From Parasitella parasitica NRRL 2501 (taxonomy: Eukaryota; Fungi; Mucoromycota): a DNA stretch of 64,000 nucleotides. The stretch spans positions 419,750 to 483,749 of the forward strand of contig MU619240.1 of assembly GCA_025201805.1 (NCBI GenBank). The letters are read 5' to 3'. The position numbers were made by a program, and so were the translations under genes. This document shows positions 53,131 to 64,000 of this stretch, in pieces. Numbering within the stretch: position 1 is the stretch's first letter; every line of letters begins with the position of its first letter. The notes under the pieces were generated by a model that had not been told where the DNA came from, did not search any database, and saw nothing but the letters and a program-made list of their open reading frames with translations.

Positions 53131-53829
53131 ATGGTTAACAAATCATTGCTGCCACGGCCCCCTTCCTTAACTTTAACCAAATTTGACTTGGCAAACTTCC
53201 CCGTTACGGAAACCATCATCATGTTGACCTTTTTATTAGAGAAAATAACAATTGCTAATGACTCTATTCAGCAAAAGCAGACCAACTACACACGCTTTCA
53301 TGCTCGTTCCTTACCAAGCATCGACATCAACTCATATATGTTGAGAATACTAAAATACTGTCCCTGCGCCAATGAATGCTTTCTTAGTTTGCTGGTCTAC
53401 TTTGATCGCATGTCTCAAAACAAACAGAGCCCATTACGTATAGATTCGTATAATATTCATAGATTAATCATTGCTGGCATCATGGTGTCCAGCAAGTTTT
53501 TCTCTGATGTATTTTATACCAATGCCAGATATGCTAAAGTAAGTTCTTTATGAATACTATAATGCGACTAAGGTTTCTTATTATGTATCTCTTGAAACAA
53601 GGTTGGTGGATTGCCAGTAAAAGAATTGAACGGCTTGGAGTTAGAATTTCTTCGTATCAACAATTACAACATCTTCATACCTCTGGAACAGCTTCAGCAA
53701 TATGGAGATCAGCTCTTGATGCACACTAATAGAGAGAGAGAAGCTCAATTAAAAAACAAGCAACGTTTGTACATGGATACGTTCCACCAGCAACAAAATC
53801 AACCTTGCATCATGTACCACATTGGATAA
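53131..53829 (+). CDS. Pho80/Pcl-family cyclin (Pcl6/7-like)
   Basis: TRFHARSLPSIDINSYMLRILKYCP...NIHRLIIAGIMVSSKFFSDVFYTNARYAK|VGGLPVKELNGLELEFL; intron 53539-53601. Confidence 0.92.
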
Positions 53830-54323
53830 ATCATGTATTTAAATTCTCTGTACCATATTTTTCCTTGCTTTATTCTATTTGTATATATATATGCTGTTCA
53901 AAACCTATTATTATATCAGTTATCAATAAACACCGTTTTTTCATTATCTACAGCATCGATCTCCAACTGAAAATTGATCCGACTGCCTACAGGCCATATT
54001 CAAAGATTGTGTAATTCTAGGCATTGGTATAGCCAAACTTATTAGAGAAGTATTTGGCACGTCTTTTGGCTCCTGATTTAAGCTAATCAAAGCTAAATTC
54101 GACCAGCTAGAATAATTTCTTTCATTCAGACTAGACTTTGTCAACTTCTCAAAAAAAAAAAAAAAACAATTATGGGCACTATGGCTCGAACGAATATTAT
54201 GTTGAGATGGGTGTCATGAAAATTGTGATTTTGGCAGAGAGCTGTTGAGTTTTCAAAAACTTAACCAAATGTGAATAGAGATGAAACTTTACTTAAATGG
54301 AGAAAGATGGATTATTGACGTAT

Positions 54324-55327
54324 TTATTTAGAAGCGAGTGGAGCAACACCAGCATATCGCGAAACAAGACTTTTTACATTGACGTAGATATTTGATAAAA
54401 CTGTCAAATTTTCAGGGGATTCTGAAGATGTTGAAGACTGGTCTGGTAACAAAAGCCATTTGTCCATATGTACCGTGGTGTTCAGTATGGCATTTTTTGT
54501 ATAACTCGATAAATAGTAGCGTAAGCGTAGAAAGTGAATAAAAATAATCAATGTTAGAACAGAGGTTCTGAATCTATTGCATAAATAATATGAATTTGTC
54601 AATATCAGTGATAGTTTCCAAGAGAATTACTTACAACAGCATCCCAAGAAAAATTCTACCGAGAATGACCACTACCTCAACATAGGCAACGTAATGCATA
54701 GCATTAGTATGATGGGTAGATGTAAAATGTTTGATTTTCGCATTCACAGTGGCTGCATATGCAGTGGTGGGTATGATGGGTAAAACTGTAGACCTAAAGT
54801 AAGATAGAGTATGGAAGATAGAGAAGACGAAAAAGGGTATCAATGTCACTGAGATTTAGTTTGAATGATTAGTTGCCAATATATTGTACAATATGTATAG
54901 TGGTTAAAACTACCTGCAATTGGTTGGTATGAATACCAATAAAATGCAATTACAAAGTAATGTACATTTTCATCACTTAAAATGTTAGTGCTTAATGTGG
55001 CATCTTTTGCCTATAATTGTCAATCTTGTGTTTTTGCGATAATTTAAAAACAGAGACTTACTGCTACAGAGTTGTAAATTACGACAGCATGAGATAATAG
55101 TGCACCTAAATAGGCTCGTTTGTAATAGACTGGGTTCGTATTGAGAGATAAAATTGAGCTGAAATAGATCAAGCCATTGCATACAACAATAAGGTGCCCT
55201 AGCCACCAGTAAAATTGCCGGTGCTGTAAAACATGTTGTTTGTCAATTATTATCAATTAGAAAGAGTTTTACTACCTACCTGTACAATGGAAGATATTTG
55301 CGTCGTTAAAGAGACATGTTCAGTCAT
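54324..55327 (-). CDS. TMEM33/Pom33/Tts1 family ER-nuclear envelope membrane protein
   Basis: QFYWWLGH, YKRAYLGA, DENVHYF, LIPFFVFSIFHTLSY, FLRLRYYLSSYT; several introns. Confidence 0.85.
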
Positions 55328-56501
55328 TATCCAAACAATAATTAAGGTTTACTATCAAGGAGAGAAATGATCTTAAGTGTGGGGTTTTAGGAGGATACAA
55401 AGAAAAGAGAAGTTAAGAAATAAAGTTTCTCTTTTTATAGAAGGGAGATAAAAAAAAAAGTGATCGAAGTAGCTAGGAGGCCTCCCTTTTGCAGGAGAGA
55501 CAAGCAAAGCAAGGGGATCACCAGAGGAAAGGTGGTCACCGCATGCAAGCTTGATCTGCCAGGTTTTTCTACTCTTTGGAGTAACCAACATCAGCATACT
55601 CTGGATAAATATACATTACTTTTTTTTTTTTTTTTCAACCGCGTTACCCAATGCTGTCCTTTTGACCAATTCAAGAGCTTTAAACCATACCAAATGAGTC
55701 GTCATTGTTATCTAAAAAATTTATCAATCTATCTCAAGAGGATCTTCAAGGGAAATTGATGGAGGAGGTTTTTGTTAAATTGTCGAAGTTTCCAATTTTT
55801 TGGACTACAACTAGTCGCAAATAATCCTCAACCCTCCAATGTCTGCGCAAAAGTACCAATTTTGAACTTTCTTACTGTATACAGAATATGAACTTTAGTC
55901 GAAAAACGCTTTTATCTTCTAACTAGTTATTATAGACTATATTTCGTAAAATTGAGCGCCAAGTATTACCCACTTGGCTTTTACAAAATAGCATTGATGA
56001 GTATCTTCCAATGTTCTAATAATTCCTAGAAATATAAATTTAAAAGTGTTTGAATTCATCGAACGAGTGCGTGAAGTTAAAACACCGTTCTGTTGTCTGA
56101 TTGACGATCAATATGTAGGCTAGCAACAGACAATAGAGCGTCATGGCAGGCCAAAATAAAGAATGCAATGCTAGAGCCTACCTGTCAATATACTTGTCAA
56201 TATTTACTATTAAACCTTTAAAGCCATCTCTAATCATTAATGTTGATTGAAAGCGATCGATTACTGTAGTTGGACTAAAATTAACAACTGTTCGACGCAG
56301 GACATTAAGACCTGTTTCAATATAGACATATAGTATGAAGCAGATGGCATCATGTAAAAATTTTGTGTTTGAACGCCTAAAACGACCTCGAAAAATCGAT
56401 GGGCACCTTGTATCCAACTGAACGAGATGGAGATAGCCACGGTCACAGAAACAAAAGCACAACGTATACTGTCAGATCTTTTATATATCTTTTATTTAAC
56501 A

Positions 56502-57524
56502 ATGCCAACTCTTGAGGCGATTGAAGATGATGACAATGGCAGCCCCTTTTTAATAGGGCCCAAGAAAAGCACACCTGATATCGATCAACTCACAGAGGAA
56601 GAAAAAAATGCTTTGTTCGATCAGATTGCTTCTCAAGTTGCCGCTGACCCATTTGCGTTTCAACGTTTAGCAAAAACTTTTCTGGACCAAACCACAAAAC
56701 AAGACTTTGGTACAGTAAATATTCAACCTCAAGCAGGTTATGTTTGCAAAACACATGTAGATGAAAGCGCTAGTCAAATATACAAGGTGGGTACAGCTGT
56801 TTACATCAATGTCTGCTACCATTCAGCTATTCCTGCACCGCCTATCACAACTGAAGCCGAAATTCAAAAGGCATTGAATGCTACAATGGACGCAGTTTAC
56901 AGGGTTCCCTTGAGCTTGGGACAAATACGCTACGATGACAAAGGATCCCTGGTTTTAGATGCATGCATCAACACACAGCCATACTTGCGAAGCGAGAAAG
57001 ACTTGGATTTTCGATTATATATTCTTGAATTGTCAATCGAATTCGTTGAGTCATTAATCAAAAACCCCTTGAGCAGAGAGTTCACAATGCCCAATACAAA
57101 ATGTATCGGACAAATACCCGTAAGAGTGCTGAGATTACCAAAACCTTCCTTGATTACAGCCATTCAGACAGAAATAAACCCTCAGACCAGGTGGCAATTA
57201 AAGCCGCAATATACTGTCAATCAAGCAAAAGGATTGCTGGTGGTTGTAATTGAAATGCCAAACAATGTAAGTTTTTTTTTTTCGATTTTTGTCGCTTTAA
57301 ATATGCATAAAATAACTCAACGCTACAAATAGAATTTTGCTTCGTGGACACTAGATATCACTATCAACAAAATTTTATTGAAAATATCAAACAGTTTACA
57401 CACAATCCCACTAAAACAGCATGAAATCAAAGTGGACCATGAAGAAAATAAGGTGAATTTTTATCAAAAAAGCCTTGAGTTAGTTTTGGAACTGAAATTG
57501 GCATCAAAAAATCGATACATTTAA
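56502..57524 (+). CDS. PIH1: PIH1-domain co-chaperone (Pih1/Nop17, R2TP subunit)
   Basis: IQPQAGYVCKT...VYINVCY...YRVPLSLG...LDACIN (PIH1 N-domain); CS-like C-terminus after intron at about 57267-57332; alternative ATG at 56427. Confidence 0.8.
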
Positions 57525-57699
57525 TAAACACACCTTCTTGTTGAAGTATGTCACGTCAATTTTTAATTGGCTCTAATAGTGCCAAAAGCTTCCTCTTGAG
57601 TATCAGACGGGCAAGGGGAGAGTTGGGCAAAAATATAAAACCCACATTAAGCCATAGTTTTCTTTGTTTTCTTTTTCCAACTTAATAATACTAACTACA

Positions 57700-59028
57700 A
57701 TGACTGAAGTTGCTACCGCTCAAGCTGACGCTGTTGCCGTTCCCCAAAATGAACAACCACAACAAGAGGAAGGCCAATATCAAGATCGCTTCTTGGAAGG
57801 CTCTCAACGTGTTGTGCCTTATGACTTACTATATGCTCGTGGCAACGCTGACAAGGTAGATGACCCTGATTGCAAGGTATATATGGAGGCAAAAGAGCTT
57901 TTTCGCAAGGGTTATGAGCTCTGTATGACGATTCCTCGTTCTCTGGACGACGATGTTCTTGAAAAGCATGAAGAAGATATAAAGACTGCATCTGAAACTA
58001 TGGTTGCATCTTGGATTATGGACGATAAAGCCGCCCCTATGTCAGAGCGTATCTTGATCCTGGGCCAACAATTTGAGAAGGTTCTGTTAAAGAACATCCC
58101 AGAAGAGGAAAAGGAAGGCTTCTTTGTAAAGGATAGCCTTTTGTTCTCTGCTTGGATTTTGCTGGTTGGTAGGCAGCACAAGCACTGGTAAATATTTTGA
58201 TTTACATGTGTGGAATGATACTCATTCAGCTAAATTAGTATTACCACCTTGTCATTGGCCATCGATACCTACCCTGAACTTCCTGCACGCGTTTTCTTTC
58301 TTCGTGCGTCATGCTACCTTTCTTTGAACAAGCTCAGGTATGTTTTGTAGTTAAACGATCCAGAGAGGAATTTTAATCGCTATCTACTCTGTAGCCTTGG
58401 TATTAAGGATTTGGAAAAAGCTTTGGAAAAAGATCCCAAGTTCTCGCTTGCTCACTTTGTTTTGGGTTCTGTCTATTTGTCCATGGATAAAGAACGTGAG
58501 AATGCTATCAAGAATTACAAACTGTACATTAAAAACGGCCATCCTCAAACCAACGACACAATCCATGCCTTGTACGCTCTTTCTGTTCTTCTGAACCACA
58601 AATCGAAAAAAGCTGAAGCGAAAGGATACTACCAAAGGGCCAAGAAAGCTGAAGAAGAGTTCAAAGAATTGTATGGTGTACACACTGGCTTTAGTGATAT
58701 TAAGAAGCAAGCTATCTCGGCTTATGAAGCCCCTGAGGAAGCCAAAAAGCTCATTGCCATGTACGCTCCCAAGAAGCAATACGACCAAAAAATGCAACAG
58801 TTAATTCAAAGCGGCATCTTGAACACTTCATTCCCTCCTAATCCCAAGCGCTGTTCTCACTGTGCTGCCACACACGTTAAGGATAAACCTGCATCTCCTC
58901 TCTTAGCATGCGGCGCTTGCAGAAGCATCTGGTATTGCTCTCGTGATTGTCAAGTTTCTGACTTCAGAGCCTCCCACAAAGCTCAGTGTAAACAGTTTCA
59001 AGCCTTGAAGGCTGAAGAACAAACATAA
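57700..59028 (+). CDS. TPR-repeat protein with C-terminal MYND zinc finger
   Basis: TPR-like ARVFFLRASCYL...DLEKALEKDPKFSLAHFVLG; MYND CSHC...CGACRSIWYCSRDCQVSDFRASHKAQC; 2 introns. Confidence 0.88.
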
Positions 59029-59109
59029 ACAATAATACAGCTTAATGATATACACCACAACTCGTATAAGTATAAGACGCCCATTTATATACATTTTAAA
59101 TAAATCTCT

Positions 59110-60020
59110 TTTTTTTCGTGAGAGCAACCCGTGCATACAAGATGCATGTTGAGGCCACAACTGCCGTATAACGCTTCACAGCGGTCGAATGCACATTTAA
59201 CTGGGGCCGTGTTTTATTCAGCATTCCTCCCATTTCCAATATAAATAGCCTTTGTGAATATATTATCATATCCCGAATATTTTTTAGTAATTGATGTGAT
59301 TTGTAGACGATTATTCACTATGGTAACAATCGGTATCAGAGTTGATACCCAATATGCGTAACCGCTGATCAATAGTATATGCAGTAGAATACAGTACTGG
59401 TTCCGTATTTTCGAGGCGATCGCGGGATTTGTACCACTTTTGGCCTTTTATAAATGTTGTTGGCACCCACCCCCTACTTTTGGTGCTCTACAACTTTGCT
59501 TTGTGCTGCATAAACAGCACTTGGCACGTAAAAGATCTTCCACAAACAATTTGAGATGTAAATGTAAAGTTGCTTTTACCTGAAAGCCAGTAGAATTGAT
59601 TTCATTGCAGAAATATGAGCTATTATCTTCAAAAATTTGCTGACATTCATCCCAATCATACATACCTTTATAAGTAGCTTCATAGGCCTCTTTTTTTTTT
59701 TATTTAAAAACATTAGAATTGAAGTTTTTGCCCATTGAAGGGCCCTTTGAGGTGAGTATTGGCTCCTACTATTACTTTGCCGCTGCGAAAATTCGGCTTT
59801 GCTTATGGAGCATTTTTACTACTAGAAGAGGCCTTCACCATTGATGAAACTGTCTTCCCCAAGACTTGACATTTGAAAGCTTTAGCAGCCCAAATAGCAT
59901 CTAACTTGTAAGCAAACAGACCTTCATATACATGATGAACCGTCCAATGTTCTATTCAATAACTTTTTTCTTCATCAACAACTGCAGTTGACCTTTCTGC
60001 TAGTTCCGTTGGTCAACTGC
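59110..60020 (-). pseudogene. Possible decayed Fanzor/TnpB-like (RuvC) gene remnant
   Basis: Minus-strand fragments FCNEINSTGFQV, RILGINS, AIYIGNG...TAPVK...VCTGC and GKVIVGANTHLKGP resemble Fanzor1 motifs; many stops and frameshifts. Confidence 0.3.
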
Positions 60021-60185
60021 CCATCACACTATTATAATGTATTTCTATTTTGACACAAGATAAAACACACCTCAAGATGTGTTTATTTTCCCGTTTCCTC
60101 TCTAATTTTCGCAAGCCATAACCCCAATAAGTAAGCTGGAAACGTTTAAACCAGGATACTATAAGATGCTTGTCATCTTAAAATA

Positions 60186-60602
60186 AATGCCACTTAATTA
60201 TGACCATCACCTTTTCCCCCGCTTAATGGCCAAATTTGCAATCTCTGATATCTTTACAAATTATTAAGCGATAGAGACACAACCTTCAGCAAAAATCTTC
60301 TTTTTTTGCAGCATTTTACAACATGCCCGAGTCCCATGTATCTCTGACCATTTTTCAGATTTTGCTATGTTTGGACCCCAAACCTCATATTCCATTTTCA
60401 GTTTTCAACTTTGGGTCAACCTTCAGGGTCATTTTTAGGTACGGATTTGGGGTCTAAACTAAGAATGCATCCAAGTACTAGTATAATAACTGTACCTCAC
60501 TACGTCTTCCGATTCTAGATATTTATTTTTGCTGTCGAGATATTGCCAAAACCAGATTTTGCAGATTTCACAAATTTTACAGCATATGATCCTATAACAA
60601 GT
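60186..60602 (+). repeat. Dispersed direct repeat B, copy 1 (uninterrupted)
   Basis: Collinear with 61672-62496 minus the LTR (ccccgcttaa, aatttgcaatctct, cccaaacctcatatt, cagttttcaactttgggtc, tttttaggtacggatttgggg). Confidence 0.85.
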
Positions 60603-61671
60603 ACCATATTTTGCAACTAAACCATATTTAAGCCTCTAAGTAAAGTAATAAAGCACGTTTTTTTACACCTGCTGATATTAAACATGTCGTAGTCAAGCTC
60701 AAGTTCGATAAGCTTCAGCCAACTTTATCTTTTTACGTTAAACTTCGTCTCCCAGTTTCTCAACAAACCACTAAGACACTTTGGCTTGAGTAATTACTAA
60801 AATCTGTTTAAAACTTAGTTCTCTACTCGTTGTATCAGTTTTAGATAGATATGCCAAAAAAAAATTTTTTTTATGTGTTTTTAGCAGAGGCTTGATTTAT
60901 TTTCAAAACTTTCAAAGCAATAAATGATATTTAAAAATACAAAATATATCAATAAAAACATCAAGCTACAAAATAGCTACAAAACAATTCCTGTTTGGTC
61001 AAATAATACCAATTTTTGAGCGAGAAAATCTTGAAAAACGGAATCAATTTTTACCCTTTTGAATGGCTTCATTTTGACCCTCTAAACATAGGACCGGAAA
61101 ATCGTAGATTCATTTTAGTTGAGACAAGATTTTGATTTTTGGCAGAAGAAATAAAGCCACAGTTGTGAACAAGATATTGATGTGTAGGTATTGACATGAT
61201 CGTTTGTTTGGTCAACTTTATAGAGCTGAATGTGCTCAAAATATCCTTGATTTTACTCAAAAACTATCAAAAATGGCGTTTTTTAATTATTTGAAAATTG
61301 GTAATAAGAAAAAGTGTTTTAATAGCCTTGTAATCTATATGGTTGGATGCAGAATTTACTTTCTGTCATGAATCATTTAGTACGCATATTCGATATACCT
61401 ATTATGTTCTTGAGATATCTAGCAATGAACTATCCAAAAAAAAAGCTCGAATTTGGTTTGAGCCAAATGGACACACAATGCTGAGATTCAATCTACAGCC
61501 TTTTTTGTTTTTCGCTATAAATGAGTGCTCCGCCTATTTTCAACTGAGGACAAAGCACAACCCTCTAATAGATAACTTGGGTATGTCTTAATATGAATCG
61601 ATAGCCGGGATACTGAATACTATTGACTCCAAAACCATTTTTATACACTTTCATTTTTGGATGAAAAAAGG

Positions 61672-62496
61672 AATACCACCAAATCTGAAATATTACCTTT
61701 TTTCCCCGCTTAAAGGCTTAATTTGCAATCTCTAATAACTTTTAAAACTATTAAGCAATAGTGTTGAGATCTGCAAGATCGAAATAAGAAAAGTATAATA
61801 TAAAACGTTGAATTAACGAGATACGAAAACTTGAGATTACTTTATTAAAGATTCAACTTTGCATCTGCTATTTATACTTTTTACAACAACATAAATTTTT
61901 GGTGACTTATTTAAAATACTAGTCGATAGTAATCGATAAGAATAATTTGCAAGCAACATCATATCCTTAACAGGGTACGATATATTATTATACTACAAGG
62001 TTATTGATCTTTGATCTGACAGTACCTTATTGTTTGTCAATCATACAGATCTGTGTTACAGATAACCTTCCTGATTTGAAACAAAGACTTTATTCTCCTG
62101 TTTCGACCAGTATAACAACACATCATTGGACAGTCTCCAATCTTTAATTGAAGTACACTATCATGATCTCCTAACCTACATTATGGCAGATCAAATAGAG
62201 ATGTAACCTTTAGCCAAAATATTTTACCTTTACACTATTCTACAACATCTCCGAGTCTCATGTACAGTATGTCCCAAACCTCATATTCGATTTTTTCAGT
62301 TTTCAACTTTGGGTCTTTCTTCAGGGTTATTTTTAGGTACGGATTTGGGGTTCAAGTTCAGACCATATCATAATATCAGTACACTAACTTTATCTCACTA
62401 TGTCTTTGGATTCACGATATCTATCTTTGCTATCCAGATACTGTCAAAACAAGATTTTGCTTATTTAATAAAAAGCATATTGGCCTATTGCAAGTT
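61672..62496 (+). repeat. Dispersed direct repeat B, copy 2 (interrupted by solo LTR)
   Basis: Matches 60186-60602 on both sides of the 61762-62193 insertion. Confidence 0.85.
61762..62193 (-). mobile_element. Solo LTR (432 bp) with 5-bp TSD AATAG
   Basis: TG...CA termini, subterminal inverted GATCTGC/GCAGATC, AATAG at 61757-61761 and 62194-62198; minus-strand TATAAATA (about 61869-61876) and AATAAA (about 61841-61846); repeat B copy 1 shows the empty site. Confidence 0.8.
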
Positions 62497-63181
62497 ATGT
62501 AGATAAATATTGACCAAGGTATTATAGTCTTAGTATGAATAGAAGTTATATCTTTCATGTCAAGAAAAGTCTCCGATTTTGCATCTGGTTTTATTCTCAG
62601 AAATTCTTTATCATGTTAAAATAACAAGTTTATTATATTATACAACATTTTGCTAAAGCTCCCCCCCCCCTTTACAGTATGTTGGGAAAACAGACATGAT
62701 CTTCCATTTTATTTAAAGAGAGCCCATTCCAAATTATACGCGAAGATGTTCCCTTAACTAAAAATATAATAATAATCGGAGGGATCGTTTTATTAAATTC
62801 TAATTCAAGAAAAACTCGATCTGTGTTATTAGGGCCAGAAAGCGTTTGATACGCAACATACTCACGACGAAACATTTGTTATTAGAGATATTGTTGTATT
62901 TGCTTCACTCGATGAATGAATTAAACAAATATATTTAGTTAAAGTGTAAAGACACTGCTGAAAAAACCTAGAGGATATACTATATATTATCTATTATCTA
63001 TTAGCTTTAGAAGTAGTATATGTTATCTACAATTTTTGTTCGTACATTAAACTTTAAAAATCAGACTCGACGTCTTGGCCTAAAAAACAAAATTTTGGTT
63101 TCTCTGTTTAATCCATTAATTTTTCAATACAATTTAATTTAATCTTTTCATAGTTAGATAGAGCACCAGTTCCTGTATCAG

Positions 63182-63500
63182 TGATGTGTCAATTTCACAA
63201 CCAAAAGTCAAACTTTAATAAACACAATCTTAAACACGATTCAGGAACTTATCCCAATGGATCATCATGTCCCTTCTTATTATTTATAACTCAACATGAC
63301 ATGTTCATGGACAATAGATACAATCGTCACATCTTCTCTAAATACACCATGAATCACACTTATACCTTATCCCCCCATCAGTCCACTTAGATTCAATAGT
63401 ATACAAACCATCATTTTTTCCATGCAATAAAGGAGATATCTTTACCTGATTAATTTATACAACCGTTTTATTTGATAATTTCTCGTTCTGAGAAATTAAT
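63182..63500 (+). repeat. Dispersed repeat, copy A' (about 320 bp)
   Basis: Collinear with 39202-39500, diverged with indels. Confidence 0.85.
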
Positions 63501-63605
63501 CAGTTTGTCGATGTATTATGCTTGGAGGAGACTCTAAACATGCAAACAAAAAGCTTACAAAATGTTTTTTGTTTTTTTTTTTTTTTTGGCAAACTAAACA
63601 ATTTA

Positions 63606-64000
63606 TGTCATGAACCTGTCGAGCCTTCAAGCCCAAACAATTATACATCTTGATCTAAAGATATATATCACCTCGTTCTTCCCTAATCAATCCACATTGC
63701 ATTCTTGCCTCTCTGATTCACACTGTCATTCTTGCCTTACTCATCCACATTATACTATTGACTTATTGATCCACGATATCCTATTTACCTATTTGATTCA
63801 CGTTATAGTAAATAGTCTAGTTCACATTTCAGTGAACTAGACAGCTCGCAAAAAGTATAAATAGAGGCCATTTTGACCAGCAAAGAGGAGTTTTCTTCGT
63901 CAGATCTCCTCATCGAATTCCCTTATTAAATATCCCTAGCAATCTTCTTATCTTTCTCCACCTTTCTCTTATTAAATCATAGCCTCCTTATTTGAAATAA
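63606..64000 (+). mobile_element. Possible LTR running off the window end
   Basis: Begins TGTCATGAAC; TATAAATAG near 63857 followed by ATTAAA signals; 3' end not visible. Confidence 0.35.

Noticed and set aside
174-63840. Numerous 60-150-aa ORFs antisense to or overlapping real genes in the ORF track
   Set aside because: Shadow ORFs or intron read-through with no domain evidence.
1-64000. CRISPR arrays, rRNA or tRNA genes
   Set aside because: No regularly spaced repeat-spacer array and no recognisable rRNA or tRNA motifs seen by eye; the DNA is eukaryotic.

Overview
AT-rich, gene-dense eukaryotic DNA with many short (about 50-70 nt) GT-AG introns. Gene content and intron style point to a Mucorales (Mucoromycota) fungus (inference). 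About 22 protein-coding genes are recognisable, including a RING-H2 E3, NAS6/gankyrin, a Con7-like C2H2 factor, NSA2, a KCTD9-like BTB protein, mitochondrial IleRS, an MFSD1-like transporter, SMC5, an LRR/BC-box protein, mitoribosomal bL9, IMP2, YHM2, RCY1, a Pho80/Pcl cyclin, TMEM33/Pom33, PIH1 and a TPR-MYND protein. Decayed elements include a Tc1/mariner transposase pseudogene, F-box/LRR pseudogenes, an XPG/Rad2 fragment, a solo LTR with a 5-bp TSD nested in a dispersed repeat, and a possible Fanzor remnant. The standout structure is a 4.9-kb cassette (16820-21725) bounded by a 788-bp inverted repeat that is 787/788 identical by manual comparison. It has no transposase and no TSD, and carries one intact MFS transporter gene whose promoter holds six ATCWGAT sites, three of them exact SreA-type iron-repression motifs (ATCWGATAA). 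It is a candidate invertible or mobile iron-regulated transporter cassette. All alignments were made by eye; no searches were run.
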